This document shows, one piece after another, positions 11,898 through 22,758 of a stretch of 64,000 nucleotides of DNA. A model generated the notes under the pieces. It did no database searches. It was not told where the DNA came from and saw only the letters and a list, made by a program, of their open reading frames with translations. Numbering within the stretch: the stretch's first letter is position 1; the number at the start of each line of letters is the position of its first letter. Position numbers and translations under genes: made by a program. Origin of the DNA: Gloeocapsa sp. UFS-A4-WI-NPMV-4B04 (lineage in GTDB: Bacteria > Cyanobacteriota > Cyanobacteriia > Cyanobacteriales > Chroococcidiopsidaceae); contig JAHHHE010000003.1 in the NCBI GenBank assembly GCA_019359535.1, positions 3,109 through 67,108 of the forward strand, given 5' to 3'.

Positions 11898-12143
11898 GTT
11901 GTTACATTAACTTGCAGTGCAGTAGGAAGCAAAAAATATTGTTTATGTTTGACTCCTAATTCAGCCAACGCAAGAATAATATGTATTACATCCCTTAACA
12001 TTTAAATCTCACAAATTCCAGTTAAAATTTGATAAGATATATTAATGGGATGCTGCTTTAGGCTTAAAAATATTAACCACAGTTGCAATTTCGTTCGTAA
12101 TTGTAATTAATTAAGCAGTTGATTGAGTTGAGGAAAAACCAAA

Positions 12144-12368
12144 TTGTCTAAACAAGATTTAATTGAAATGGAAGGGACTGTAACAGAGTCTCTTCCTAAT
12201 GCTATGTTTCGCGTGGATCTAGACAACGGCTTTAATGTTCTAGCTCATATCTCCGGTAAGATTCGGCGTAATTACATCAAAATTTTACCTGGCGATCGCG
12301 TCAAAGTAGAACTGACTCCTTACGACTTAACAAAAGGCAGAATTACTTATCGCCTGCGTAAAAAGTAA
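12144..12368 (+). CDS. infA: Translation initiation factor IF-1
   Basis: TTG start. The S1-like translation contains [16 protein letters not shown]. Confidence 0.95.
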
Positions 12369-12479
12369 GTATTGGTGCATTTTCAAATTATAGATATCAT
12401 TTTATATCTTTAAATATAAATATTTGTGCTATAGCCGCAAAAATGGTAAAATATTAAGTTTGGAATGATTTGAAACAGA

Positions 12480-12593
12480 ATGAAAGTTAGAGCCTCTGTA
12501 CGGAAAATTTGTGAAAAGTGTAGCGTCATTCGCCGTCGTGGTCGCGTCATGGTCATTTGTTCTAACCCAAAACACAAGCAACGCCAAGGTTAG
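12480..12593 (+). CDS. rpmJ: 50S ribosomal protein L36
   Basis: This 37-aa ORF falls below the ORF-track cutoff. It reads [37 protein letters not shown], with an ATG at 12480 and a TAG at 12591. Confidence 0.92.
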   Translation: MKVRASVRKICEKCSVIRRRGRVMVICSNPKHKQRQG

Positions 12594-12681
12594 ATAGATC
12601 AGCACTAATTCAAAATGGATAACTTTAATAACTATGTTATTAAAGCTCTTTGTAAAAAAACGCAACTAGGGAGAAAGAAGC

Positions 12682-13065
12682 GTGGCACGGATTGCCGGTG
12701 TAGACCTTCCACGCGATAAGCGTGTAGAGATTGGTTTAACTTACATATTCGGAATTGGGCTATCACGGTCAAAACAAATTTTGGCTGCTACAGGTGTTAA
12801 CCCAGATACCCGAATTAAAGATTTAAGCGATGCTGATGTTACGGCTCTACGAGGTGAAGTAGAGGCTAACTATCAAGTCGAAGGAGACTTGAGGCGCTTG
12901 GAGGCAATGAACATCAAGCGCTTAATAGACATTGGCACCTATCGAGGCCGTCGTCATCGTATGGGTTTACCACTACGTGGGCAACGAACCCGTACTAATG
13001 CACGGACACGGCGTGGTAGACGGCAGACAGTGGCTGGCAAGAAAAAAGCACCCAGTGGCAAATAG
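12682..13065 (+). CDS. rpsM: 30S ribosomal protein S13
   Basis: GTG start and [17 protein letters not shown] translation. Confidence 0.97.
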   Translation: MARIAGVDLPRDKRVEIGLTYIFGIGLSRSKQILAATGVNPDTRIKDLSDADVTALRGEVEANYQVEGDLRRLEAMNIKRLIDIGTYRGRRHRMGLPLRGQRTRTNARTRRGRRQTVAGKKKAPSGK

Positions 13066-13140
13066 TTTTTTCATTTGGAGAAGCGCACTGCCCTGTGTTA
13101 CTCCGCTCAGAAATTTTAAAGCTTATTCTACAAGACCAAT

Positions 13141-13536
13141 ATGGCGCGACAACCAACAAAAAAATCCGGTGCTAAGAAGCAAAAACGTAACGTACCTAAC
13201 GGGATGGCATACATCCAGTCTACGTTCAACAACAGTATTGTTACCATTGCCGATCAAAATGGTGATGTAATCTCCTGGGCATCAGCTGGTTCCAGCGGCT
13301 TTAAGGGTGCTAAAAAGGGAACTCCTTTTGCGGCCCAGACTGCTGCTGAAAGTGCAGCTCGACGAGCAGTTGATCAAGGGATGCGGCAGATTGAAGTAAT
13401 GGTAAGTGGACCTGGAGCAGGTAGAGAAACTGCGATCAGGGCGCTACAAGGGGCTGGTTTAGAAATTACAGTGATTCGTGACATTACCCCTATTCCTCAC
13501 AATGGTTGCCGCCCGCCCAAACGTCGTCGAGTATAA
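13141..13536 (+). CDS. rpsK: 30S ribosomal protein S11
   Basis: S11-like translation ending in [13 protein letters not shown]. Confidence 0.97.
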   Translation: MARQPTKKSGAKKQKRNVPNGMAYIQSTFNNSIVTIADQNGDVISWASAGSSGFKGAKKGTPFAAQTAAESAARRAVDQGMRQIEVMVSGPGAGRETAIRALQGAGLEITVIRDITPIPHNGCRPPKRRRV

Positions 13537-13585
13537 ACTCAACTATTAGGCATGGGCAGTAAACCTTAACTCGTAGAGCCTAGTT

Positions 13586-13608
13586 GCGCAAAGTATCCAG
13601 CTTTGCGC
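13586..13608 (+). other. Stem-loop downstream of rpsK
   Basis: An 8-bp stem GCGCAAAG / CTTTGCGC with a 7-nt loop. Confidence 0.4.
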
Positions 13609-13697
13609 GTTTGCGCTGTGGCGAAAGGATTAAATTGTCCTGCTGTTGGTAGCGTAATTCGATTTACATCAACAGTGGGAAATTCAATGAAATTAGC

Positions 13698-13720
13698 AAG
13701 GCAATTGCTTTGCCTTTTTT
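13698..13720 (+). terminator. Terminator/attenuator-like hairpin with a T-run between rpsK and rpoA
   Basis: AAGGCAA-TTGCT-TTGCCTT is followed by TTTT. It overlaps the TTG (13710) that the ORF track uses as the rpoA start. Confidence 0.4.
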
Positions 13721-13748
13721 AAAAGCTAAAAATAAGGGAGGATACTCC

Positions 13749-14696
13749 GTGGCGCAGTTTCAAATTGAATGTGTCGAGTCTAATACTCAGGATAATCGGA
13801 GTCAATACAGTAAATTTGTTCTGGAGCCTCTTGATCGCGGTCAAGGAACGACGGTTGGTAACGCTTTAAGGCGGATATTACTGTCTAATTTAGAAGGCAC
13901 AGCAGTAACAGCTATTCGGATTGCTGGTGTTAGTCACGAGTTTGCCACAATTCCTGGCGTACGTGAAGATGTGCTGGAAATTATGATGCGGATGAAAGAA
14001 GTTGTACTCAAAAGCTATTCTTCCCAGCCGCAAATCGGTAGATTACTCATTAATGGGCCAGCAACAGTAACTGCCGCTCACTTTGATTTGCCCTCGGAAG
14101 TAGAAGTAGTGGAAGCGAGTCAGTACGTGGCAACCTTGGCCGAGGGTGCAAAGCTGGAAATGGAATTTCGGATTGATAAGGGGAAAGGTTATCGCACCGT
14201 TGAACGGGGGCGTGAAGAAGCTACAGCTTTAGACTTTCTTCAGATCGATGCAATTTTTATGCCAGTGCGGAAAGTCAACTACAGCGTCGAGGATGCGCGT
14301 GTTGATGGCTCGACACACAAAGATCGCTTGATTCTAGAAATTTGGACAAATGGCAGTTTAACTCCGCAAGAGGCACTTTCTTCCGCCGCTAATATCTTAG
14401 TGGATTTATTTAATCCTTTAAAAGATATTTCTTTAGAAGCGCTGAAAGATGAATTGCCAACAGACGAAGATCCAACGAGTCAAATTCCAATTGAAGAGCT
14501 ACAGCTTTCGGTACGGGCTTACAACTGTCTAAAGCGGGCGCAAGTTAACTCAGTAGCAGACTTGTTGGACTACACCCAAGAAGACTTGCTAGAGATTAAA
14601 AACTTCGGTCAAAAGTCCGCCGAAGAAGTTATTGATGCCTTGCAGGATCGATTAGGCATCACTTTACCACATGAAAAATCAGCAAAGCCAACATAG
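13749..14696 (+). CDS. rpoA: DNA-directed RNA polymerase subunit alpha
   Basis: I take the GTG at 13749, which follows an AAGGGAGGA SD sequence, so the protein begins (M)AQFQIECVES. The 13710 start is upstream of the SD and inside a hairpin. Confidence 0.93.
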   Translation: MAQFQIECVESNTQDNRSQYSKFVLEPLDRGQGTTVGNALRRILLSNLEGTAVTAIRIAGVSHEFATIPGVREDVLEIMMRMKEVVLKSYSSQPQIGRLLINGPATVTAAHFDLPSEVEVVEASQYVATLAEGAKLEMEFRIDKGKGYRTVERGREEATALDFLQIDAIFMPVRKVNYSVEDARVDGSTHKDRLILEIWTNGSLTPQEALSSAANILVDLFNPLKDISLEALKDELPTDEDPTSQIPIEELQLSVRAYNCLKRAQVNSVADLLDYTQEDLLEIKNFGQKSAEEVIDALQDRLGITLPHEKSAKPT

Positions 14697-14757
14697 TTAT
14701 TAGTTTTTGGACTACTCTAAAAACTTAAAACTCAAAACTCAACCCTGAAACCTAACA

Positions 14758-15108
14758 ATGCGTCACCGTTGTCGTGTCAAAAAACTAAACAAGCCAGCTG
14801 ACCAACGCCGCGCTCTCTTAAGAGCGCTGACTACGGAACTAATCCGGCATGGTCGCATAACTACCACCAAAATACGGGCAAAGGTAGTTCGCTCTGAAGC
14901 AGAAAAAATGATTACCTTAGCTAAAGATGGCTCTTTGTCCGCCCGTCGTCAAGCTCTCGGCTATATCTATGATAAACAGCTGGTTCATGCTTTATTTGAG
15001 CAAGCCCCCAACCGCTATGGTAGTCGTGCAGGCGGTTATACTCGAATTCTCCAAACTGTGCCTCGCCGGGGTGATAACGCTGAGATGGCAATTATTGAAC
15101 TTGTATAG
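14758..15108 (+). CDS. rplQ: 50S ribosomal protein L17
   Basis: L17-like translation ([22 protein letters not shown]). Confidence 0.96.
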   Translation: MRHRCRVKKLNKPADQRRALLRALTTELIRHGRITTTKIRAKVVRSEAEKMITLAKDGSLSARRQALGYIYDKQLVHALFEQAPNRYGSRAGGYTRILQTVPRRGDNAEMAIIELV

Positions 15109-15201
15109 GGACTAAAGGCGAGGAATTAGGGGTAAAACACTAAGCACGTTCAATGCCTAGAGTTTTTAGCCTATAAACAATGCCTCTTACCTCTGAAATA
15201 C

Positions 15202-16125
15202 ATGGCTGTATCCCAATCTGAACCTACAAACCGAGTAGCCCTGGTAATTCAATACTTGGGTACTCATTTTCATGGTTGGCAACGGCAAAAAGGGCAGCGT
15301 ACAGTACAAGAAGCAATAGAACAAGCACTTAAAAGTGTAGCGGGTTGCCCAGTGACAATACATGGTGCTGGTCGGACTGATGCTGGAGTTCATGCTGCCG
15401 CTCAAGTAGCCCATTTTGAAACTAGCAGTCCTATTCCAGCTGAACGTTGGGCGGCAATTCTCAATAGTCGTTTGCCCAATGATATATTGATTCGAGCTTC
15501 AGCTAAAGTTAGCGATCGCTGGCACGCGCGCTTTAGTGCCAAGTGGCGGCGATATCGCTACACACTTTACACTGACTCCCGACCAAACTTGTTTGTCAGA
15601 CCATTTAGTTGGCATTATTATTATCAACCCTTGGATGAAGCGCTGATTCAAGCCGCGATGAATCCTTTAATTGGACACCATCACTTGGCTGCTTTCCATC
15701 GAGCTGGATCAAGTAGAGCGCATTCTTGGGTAGAGATACAAGCAGCAGATTGTTATCGGCAAGGACCGTTCATCCATATTGAAATACAGGCAAATGGGTT
15801 CTTGTACGGTATGGTGCGGCTGTTAGTTGGGTTATTGGTTCAGGTAGCAAGAGGGATGCTTTCACCCGATAGCTTTACTCAACTTTGGCAACAGCAGCGC
15901 CGTGAAGAAGTGAAATATGCTGCTCCTGCTCACGGTTTATGCTTACTGCGAGTTGGCTATCCAGAATTTCCTTTTCCCTTAGAAGTCTGGCATGACACAC
16001 TACCTCTATTGGTTTTACCTACCGAAATGAATTATCAAGCAGAGGGAGAGGAAAAAATAGCAGAAGGGAAGAAAATTACCCTAACCCCTAGCCCCCATCC
16101 CCTAGTAAATAAAAAAGGATACTAA
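15202..16125 (+). CDS. truA: tRNA pseudouridine(38-40) synthase
   Basis: The catalytic motif [11 protein letters not shown] is present. The rplQ-truA-rplM synteny is usual in cyanobacteria. Confidence 0.93.
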   Translation: MAVSQSEPTNRVALVIQYLGTHFHGWQRQKGQRTVQEAIEQALKSVAGCPVTIHGAGRTDAGVHAAAQVAHFETSSPIPAERWAAILNSRLPNDILIRASAKVSDRWHARFSAKWRRYRYTLYTDSRPNLFVRPFSWHYYYQPLDEALIQAAMNPLIGHHHLAAFHRAGSSRAHSWVEIQAADCYRQGPFIHIEIQANGFLYGMVRLLVGLLVQVARGMLSPDSFTQLWQQQRREEVKYAAPAHGLCLLRVGYPEFPFPLEVWHDTLPLLVLPTEMNYQAEGEEKIAEGKKITLTPSPHPLVNKKGY

Positions 16126-16129
16126 AACT

Positions 16130-16585
16130 ATGATGAACAAAACTTACCTTCCCGCTCAAGATTCGCTTAACCGCGAGTGGTATGTAGTTGATGCCACTGA
16201 TCAACGCCTTGGTCGACTAGCAACCGAAATAGCCATGATTCTACGCGGTAAAAATAAACCCGAATATACCCCGCACATGGATACTGGTGGCTTCGTGGTT
16301 GTCGTCAATGCTGAAAAAGTCACCGTTACAGGGAAAAAACACAGCCAGAAGCTCTACCGTCGTCACTCTGGAAGACCAGGTGGGATGAAGACGGAGACCT
16401 TTGCTCAACTGCAAGATCGCATACCAGAACGAATTGTCGAACACGCAGTTAAGGGAATGCTGCCGAAAAATAGCTTAGGTCGCCAACTTTTCACCAAGCT
16501 TAAAGTTTACGCTGGAGCCGATCATCCCCATGAAGCTCAAAAACCCCAAGAGCTAAAAATTAATACAATTCCAGGAGAATCTTAA
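16130..16585 (+). CDS. rplM: 50S ribosomal protein L13
   Basis: L13-like translation. The start could be 16130 or 16133. Confidence 0.95.
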   Translation: MMNKTYLPAQDSLNREWYVVDATDQRLGRLATEIAMILRGKNKPEYTPHMDTGGFVVVVNAEKVTVTGKKHSQKLYRRHSGRPGGMKTETFAQLQDRIPERIVEHAVKGMLPKNSLGRQLFTKLKVYAGADHPHEAQKPQELKINTIPGES

Positions 16586-16587
16586 TA

Positions 16588-17004
16588 ATGCAAGCAGCAG
16601 ACACAAACACTGGTCGGGTCGTGTACATGGGTACAGGTCGTCGTAAATCTTCGGTAGCACGAGTACGTCTGGTTCCAGGTAGCGGTCAGCTAACTGTTAA
16701 TGGTAAACCTGGCGACTTGTACTTCCAATTCAATCCTAATTACCTTTCAGTCGCTAAAGCACCATTAGAAACTTTGGGGCTGGAAAATGAATATGACATC
16801 TTGGTTAATGCTCACGGTGGCGGGTTAACAGGACAATCGGACTCGATTCGTCTAGGAGTGGCTCGCGCCCTTTGTCAACTCGACCCAGACAATCGCCCAC
16901 CTTTGAAAATCGAGGGCTACCTTACCCGCGATCCACGAGCAAAAGAGCGGAAGAAATACGGTTTGCACAAAGCTCGGAAAGCTCCTCAGTTCTCTAAACG
17001 TTAA
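16588..17004 (+). CDS. rpsI: 30S ribosomal protein S9
   Basis: The translation reads [14 protein letters not shown]...[11 protein letters not shown]. Confidence 0.96.
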   Translation: MQAADTNTGRVVYMGTGRRKSSVARVRLVPGSGQLTVNGKPGDLYFQFNPNYLSVAKAPLETLGLENEYDILVNAHGGGLTGQSDSIRLGVARALCQLDPDNRPPLKIEGYLTRDPRAKERKKYGLHKARKAPQFSKR

Positions 17005-17097
17005 AGGCTATAGACGGGTAGCCATAAGCAGAATGCCTATGACTACCATCTAAAAGCTAAAATAGGTATAAATTAAAAAATCATCAAGAAAATAACA

Positions 17098-17346
17098 ATG
17101 GCTAAACCTGATATTCATCCTAAGTGGTACGCAGAAGCTAAGGTTTACTGCAACGGAGAAGTAGTAACGACTGTTGGCTCAACTAAACCAGAACTGCACG
17201 TTGATGTTTGGTCTGGGAACCACCCGTTTTACACTGGTACGCAAAAGATTATTGACACTGAAGGTCGAGTCGAGCGTTTCTTACGGAAATACGGGATGAT
17301 GGAAGAGGAATCGCCAGCAGATAACTCTGAACCAAACAAAGAGTAG
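17098..17346 (+). CDS. rpmE: 50S ribosomal protein L31
   Basis: The translation reads MAKPDIHPKW...HPFYTG. Confidence 0.95.
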   Translation: MAKPDIHPKWYAEAKVYCNGEVVTTVGSTKPELHVDVWSGNHPFYTGTQKIIDTEGRVERFLRKYGMMEEESPADNSEPNKE

Positions 17347-17570
17347 CGCGGTCAGCCTTCAGCTTGTGTTGAAAGTGGATTTTGGATTTTTGCAAGCAGG
17401 GGTTAGGGAGTAGCGCAAAAAACTTAGATTTAAGTACATACCTAGCCCTTTGTGTTCCAAAATAGTCCTTTTGAAACAAGGAAGATTAATAGCCCATTCC
17501 CTGATAGTGGTCTGATTTTCCTAACCCCTGATCCCCGAACCCTGCCCTTTTTTATAAAGCGATCGCTGTC

Positions 17571-18665
17571 ATGGCTGAAACATACCTGTTGAGCAAACTA
17601 CAATCAGTTGAGCAAACATTCAATGAATTGACCCGCCGCCTTAGTGACCCTGATATTGCTACCGATCCTCCAGAAATGCAACGGGTAGCAAAGGCACGTT
17701 CTTCCTTGGAACAAGTGGTAAATACTTATGAAATCTGGAAAACCACTCAAGAAGAACTAGCGGATGTTCGTCAGGTATTAAAAGAGTCAGCCAGTGACCT
17801 AGAGTTGGAACAGATGGCAGCCTTGGAAGTTCAAGATTTGGAAGTCAAGCTAGAACAGCTAGAAGCACGCTTAAAACTTTTGCTCTTACCCCGCGATCCG
17901 AATGATGATAAAAACATCATGCTAGAAATTCGCGCAGGTACTGGTGGTGATGAAGCGAGTATTTGGGCGGGTGATTTGGTGCGGATGTATTCGCGTTATG
18001 CCGAGCCTCAAAAATGGAAAGTGAAGCTAGTAAGCGAATCAGTAGCTGAAATGGGCGGCTTTAAGGAAGCGGTTTTAGAAATTCAGGGCGACCAAGTTTA
18101 TAGCAAATTAAAGTTTGAAGCCGGAGTTCATCGAGTACAGCGCGTACCACTAACAGAAGCTGGAGGACGAGTTCACACCTCAACAGCAACAGTAGCGGTA
18201 ATGCCGGAAGTGGATGATGTCGAAATCCACATTGACCCGAAAGATATTGAAATGAGTACGGCTCGTTCTGGCGGTGCTGGTGGGCAAAATGTCAATAAAG
18301 TTGAGACAGCAGCTGATTTGTTCCACAAACCGACGGGAATTAGGATTTTCTGTACAGAAGAACGGAGCCAACTGCAAAACAAAGAACGGGCGATGCAGAT
18401 TCTCCGAGCCAAGCTTTATGAAATGAAGTTACGGGAACAGCAGGCAGAGGTAACTTCGATGCGGCGATCGCAAGTTGGTACAGGTTCGCGCTCAGAAAAA
18501 ATCCGTACCTACAACTATAAAGATAATCGTGTCACTGACCATCGCTTAAATAAAAACTATGCGCTTAACCCAGTTCTTGAAGGTGACTTGGAACCGATTA
18601 TTCAAGATTGTATTTCTCAAGATCAGCAGGAGCGCCTAGCGGAGTTGGCTGCTTCTACTTCGTAG
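17571..18665 (+). CDS. prfA: Peptide chain release factor 1
   Basis: The GGQ motif ([15 protein letters not shown]) and the RF1-type RVQRVPLTE region are present. The frame is intact. Confidence 0.95.
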   Translation: MAETYLLSKLQSVEQTFNELTRRLSDPDIATDPPEMQRVAKARSSLEQVVNTYEIWKTTQEELADVRQVLKESASDLELEQMAALEVQDLEVKLEQLEARLKLLLLPRDPNDDKNIMLEIRAGTGGDEASIWAGDLVRMYSRYAEPQKWKVKLVSESVAEMGGFKEAVLEIQGDQVYSKLKFEAGVHRVQRVPLTEAGGRVHTSTATVAVMPEVDDVEIHIDPKDIEMSTARSGGAGGQNVNKVETAADLFHKPTGIRIFCTEERSQLQNKERAMQILRAKLYEMKLREQQAEVTSMRRSQVGTGSRSEKIRTYNYKDNRVTDHRLNKNYALNPVLEGDLEPIIQDCISQDQQERLAELAASTS

Positions 18666-18753
18666 ATGACTTATTTAGAAATTTGAACGGTAAATAGATA
18701 TTAAAGGCGATCGCACCAATAACATTGCAAAATCTGGGATTTTCGACAACTTT

Positions 18754-19542
18754 GTGAAAACCGACAGCATTTTCTATCGTCTGTTTCAAGAATTTCCCAG
18801 TATATTTTTTGAAATTATTAGCAATCCGTCTATAGAGGCTAATACTTATAATTTTTCATCTGTTTAAATTAAACAAACTGCCTTTCGCATTGATGGCGTA
18901 TTTCTGCCTGTCCAAGAAGTAAACAACTATATTTATTTTGTTGAAGTTCAGTTTCAATCAGATTCAGAATTTTACTCTCGATTCTTTGCAGAAATCTTTT
19001 TGTACCTTCGTCAGAATAAACCAAGAAACGATTGGCGTGCCGTCGTTCTATACCCAAGTCAGAGTGTAGATATAGGAGATATAAAACATTATTGTGAGTT
19101 TTTTGCAAGCCAGCGCGTCAGTCAAGTCTATCTAAATGAATTAAGTGAGGCGGCTGAATACTCAATTGGCATCGGAACCCTTAATTTAGTGATTTCGCCA
19201 GCAGCAAGAGCGGTTGGGCAAGCAAGGAGCCTGATAGATAAAGTGAGGCAAGAGATAGCCGATGAACTGCAACAGCAAAAATTCTTACAATTAATAGAGA
19301 CAATATTATTCTATAAATTGCCAAACACGAGTCGAGAGGAGATACAAGCAATGTTTGAATTGAGCGATTTAAAGCAAACAAGAGTGTATCGGGAAGCCGT
19401 ACAAGAAGGCGAGCAAAAGGCTAAGTTAGAAGCTTCCCCCAGGTTGTTGGCATTGGGGTTGAGCGTAAAGCAGGTAGCAGAGGCGTTAGGATTGAGCGTA
19501 GAAGAAGTAAGGCAGGCGGCACAAAATCAGTCCTCAGAGTGA
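18754..19542 (+). pseudogene. DUF2887 / Rpn-family PD-(D/E)XK nuclease-like gene with an in-frame TAA at 18865..18867
   Basis: The GTG at 18754 opens VKTDSIFYRLFQEFPSIFFEII...SSV*IKQTAFRIDGVF...VEVQFQ, in the same frame as ORF 19000..19542. The single stop lies at codon 38. Confidence 0.7.
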
Positions 19543-19725
19543 GGTTAATAGAGAAAAAGTGACAGCGCTTCTTAGTATACCAACTGCTAGCCTGATTAAA
19601 GGCGATGTCTCGCGACAAGCCGCTATGCGCCTACACACTTCACGCCGCGCAGTTGGTTAAGGTTGATTGCGATCGCACATTGTTAATTCCCAAGACGCGA
19701 TCGCAATCCTAGTAATTAGCTGAGT

Positions 19726-22074
19726 CTACCTAACCGTTTGCACAGGTTTCCAACTATTCAGGGAATCTCGCATTGAAGCCAACTCACTTAAATATTCATT
19801 TAGTTGTGCCTTTTTCTCCTCAAGTATTGCACGAATCTGATCTGTTTCTGCTTCTCGCGTTTCCCGTTCTTTTAGCAAACTATCAAACTCATCTTGAAAC
19901 CTTTTTATATAGTCATTAATTTGTTTCTCTGCATTTTTGAAATCATCTGAAACTTGTTTTTCAATGACTCGCTGTAAAAGTTCTTTGTTTCTAGATATTT
20001 GCTTATCTATATTAAGTTTGATTGCCTCTGATGTTTTGCGTAAATCAACTTCGTAGATGGAACGCTGCTCCTGAACTGGCACATCAACATAATAGACTTG
20101 ATCAGAATCACAGCAACGACTTCTTGTTCTTTTACCTTTGTGTGACCTTGTAAACACTTGTTGTTGATATTGAATTCGGGCATCAATTCCTGGAAAATCA
20201 AAACTAGGAAACTGAATTGGGTTAATATTCAGTTCAACTTGCAAAGCTTCTCCAAGATAGTTAGACAATTCGTCTGATATTTGTTGGATATCTTCTTGAA
20301 TTTTTTGGACTAACTCTTCTCGAATGCGTGTACCCTCTCTTACCAGACTATCTTGTGTGTCTATCCACCAACTTTGAATGTGAGGAGCGCAAAAATCATT
20401 TATGGTGCGTCCAATTTTTTCAGCCTCTTTCCGAGTCTTAACCCTAATTATGTATGGATCTAAGTTTTCATCTTGCTCAGGCTCAGGGTTGCTAAATGGT
20501 TCTGGTGTAGCACTAAGTAAAGCATCCATCAGAGATGATGCTATTTTGAAAGATTCTGCTAAAGCTTTGCCTACAATAGGAATAAGCTCCAACAAATTTG
20601 CGCCTATACCCCCAAACATTGTCCATAGATTAAATTCATTATTGTTATTACTGACAACTTCTATAGGTTTTTGCTTAACTTTAGGCTTCCGATGCTTAGA
20701 AGCTCTTGATTCTGCAATTTGAGTAATTTCATCCTCTATTTTAGTTTTAGCACCTTCAGCAAAAGCACTAATTCCTCCGCTAAATCCTTTAATAAGTGTT
20801 TGTTTTTGTTCCTCTACAGAAGTTTTTAGATTGTTAACTTTCTTTTGGGCAGACTCAGAACGTATTTTATACTCATCTACTTTCTGTTTGAGTGTTTCGA
20901 TTTCTATTTCCCACCCGCTTAATCGTGTGTTGAGGGTATCCTCAATCGCTTTTGCCGCCTTACTCATTTTTGCCAAAACATCACTTAAAAGATTCCAGCC
21001 GGAATTATGAATAATGGCTTGAATCACTGTATTTTCAATAGTGATAGTCCCGCTATCTTCTAAAGCTTGTGGTGCAATTATTTTAGGTGCAGGTGTTATT
21101 TGATTGCCTTGCTCATCTTCCTTAGCATATTTAGCACTAAAGAACCTTTTAAAGTCTTTAATTTGGCTTTCATCTGCTATACCTTGCTTGATTAGTTTTG
21201 CCAAAAGTCCTTGTCTAGCACTTGCTGGATAGATAATTGGATTCACAAAACCGAAATTAACTAACTCTTGTTGCAGACTTTTTATTACGTCATCAATATC
21301 TTGATCTTTGTCTGCTTTCTGATCTACTTTATTAAGAATAAAGTAAATTTTTCCTGTATTTTGCTTCAGAAAGTCACCACGATTTTCGGTCAATTCTCTA
21401 ATAAAAACGGAAAAAACGTTATCTCTGTAAGAAACATAATTTAGAACGAATACAATTGCATTGCAGGTTCGTAGCGCCTCTAGTGCAGTTCTCTTTAAAG
21501 CTGTTGTGTCAAAATTGGCAGACTCCCACTCGTTTGGGCCGGGGGTATCAACTAATGTGAAGCCATTTAGAGATGAGAGCGTGCTGATAGCTTCAATAGG
21601 ATGTTCTAACTCAAAGCGTATAGTATTGTCAGGATTGGCGTTAGCCCGAATATAATGAGTATGGTCTAGAAATTTTTGGCGAATCTCTCCAGCGTCACCC
21701 TCAGCAACTACAACGGCTCGTCTTTGCCCCTCTCGATACTCCAAAAGCCGGGGTTTTTGCCCAGCTTCAATGTGTCGGACATCGGTACGGCAGACTGTAC
21801 AAGATTTTACTTCACTCGGTAAAATATCTGCACCAATTAGAGCATTGAGGAAGGTGCTTTTACCTGCTTTCATAGCTGCAATGACAGCAACTTGATACTT
21901 TTGCTCCTGCAATGCTTTAAGAGCGTTGTTTAGATCGTCCTCAATACTGTGTAGTCCTTGGCTGTCGTTTCCTTCACTACGGCGACCTTCTCCAATTTCA
22001 TGAAGATACTGTACAAGTCGTATGCCAGTGCTGTAGATGCTATCGTGTGCTGCTTGGAACTGTTCGGATGACAT
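19726..22074 (-). CDS. Dynamin-family large GTPase (bacterial dynamin-like protein)
   Basis: GTPase motifs are G1 AMKAGKST, G3 DTPGP and G4 LNKVD. A hydrophobic paddle-like segment reads LWTMFGGIGANLLELIPIVGKAL. The C-terminal half is long and helical or coiled-coil. Confidence 0.8.
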   Translation of the reverse strand: MSSEQFQAAHDSIYSTGIRLVQYLHEIGEGRRSEGNDSQGLHSIEDDLNNALKALQEQKYQVAVIAAMKAGKSTFLNALIGADILPSEVKSCTVCRTDVRHIEAGQKPRLLEYREGQRRAVVVAEGDAGEIRQKFLDHTHYIRANANPDNTIRFELEHPIEAISTLSSLNGFTLVDTPGPNEWESANFDTTALKRTALEALRTCNAIVFVLNYVSYRDNVFSVFIRELTENRGDFLKQNTGKIYFILNKVDQKADKDQDIDDVIKSLQQELVNFGFVNPIIYPASARQGLLAKLIKQGIADESQIKDFKRFFSAKYAKEDEQGNQITPAPKIIAPQALEDSGTITIENTVIQAIIHNSGWNLLSDVLAKMSKAAKAIEDTLNTRLSGWEIEIETLKQKVDEYKIRSESAQKKVNNLKTSVEEQKQTLIKGFSGGISAFAEGAKTKIEDEITQIAESRASKHRKPKVKQKPIEVVSNNNNEFNLWTMFGGIGANLLELIPIVGKALAESFKIASSLMDALLSATPEPFSNPEPEQDENLDPYIIRVKTRKEAEKIGRTINDFCAPHIQSWWIDTQDSLVREGTRIREELVQKIQEDIQQISDELSNYLGEALQVELNINPIQFPSFDFPGIDARIQYQQQVFTRSHKGKRTRSRCCDSDQVYYVDVPVQEQRSIYEVDLRKTSEAIKLNIDKQISRNKELLQRVIEKQVSDDFKNAEKQINDYIKRFQDEFDSLLKERETREAETDQIRAILEEKKAQLNEYLSELASMRDSLNSWKPVQTVR

Positions 22075-22304
22075 ACTGATTTTAGAGCTAGGCTGGCTAA
22101 GTCGCCTACAGACTAACCAAATAGAAAAGTAACTGAGAACAGTAATTGCACTGATTAAAAAAAGTAATCACGCCATAACAAACCGAGACCAAATGTGCGA
22201 TCGCCACAAACAGGTTAGTCAGTCACTAATTTATAATTAAATTTTTTAAGATTGACTCGATCAAGCACGATGTTCACAGCGTAGCTGATGGGTCGTCGGT
22301 CGCT

Positions 22305-22427
22305 ACGCGCTGACATCGCACTCTTAGTAAAAAACGCGATCGCCTGCTCTTAACTTGACAAACCTAAAATCGCACCCAGAGATTACACGCTGACATCGCA
22401 CTCTTAGTAAAAAAGGCGATCGCTTGC
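22305..22427. repeat. Two 43-nt direct repeats spaced exactly 80 nt apart
   Basis: 22305..22347 and 22385..22427 (ACrCGCTGACATCGCACTCTTAGTAAAAAAsGCGATCGCyTGC) differ at 3 of 43 positions. Confidence 0.8.
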
Positions 22428-22494
22428 GACGGGCTTTGCCTACGCCTGAATGCCATGCTAAGGTAGATGTACATTTAAATGTACACTTACTACT

Positions 22495-22758
22495 ATGCCC
22501 AAGTATCTAACTATTACCGAAGCTCGGTAACAGATGTTAGGGTTGCCCGATCAGTTGGCAGATGAACCTATGATTATTACCAAGCGAGGGAAGCCCGTGA
22601 TGGTTGCACTCAGCTATGAGCATTTTGCCTCTCTGCTAGAGACGCTAGACATCCTTTCAGATTCCAAGTTTGCCAATCGGCTACAGGAGAGCATTGCTCA
22701 AGCTGATCAAGGCAAGACAATTAGCTGGGAAGAAGCCAAAGCACAATTAGGGCTGTGA
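22495..22758 (+). pseudogene. Phd/YefM-family antitoxin with an in-frame TAA at 22528..22530
   Basis: The ATG at 22495 gives [43 protein letters not shown]... The stop removes the conserved N-terminal strand unless translation restarts at 22534. Confidence 0.65.

Noticed and set aside
13710-13748. The TTG start at 13710 for rpoA and the 5290 start for rpmC, as given in the ORF track
   Set aside because: Both lie upstream of clear SD-plus-start combinations that give the conserved N-termini. The 13710 start sits inside a hairpin, and the 5290 start overlaps rplP.
604-18412. Many antisense or alternate-frame ORFs inside the ribosomal cluster, for example 604..879, 1140..1367, 5037..5363, 5552..5974, 8910..9341, 12932..13270 and 18173..18412
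   Set aside because: Each lies wholly within a strongly supported conserved gene. They have odd composition and no start context, so they are shadow ORFs.
17571-18665. Programmed frameshift in the release factor gene
   Set aside because: That mechanism belongs to prfB (RF2). This gene is RF1 and has a single uninterrupted frame.
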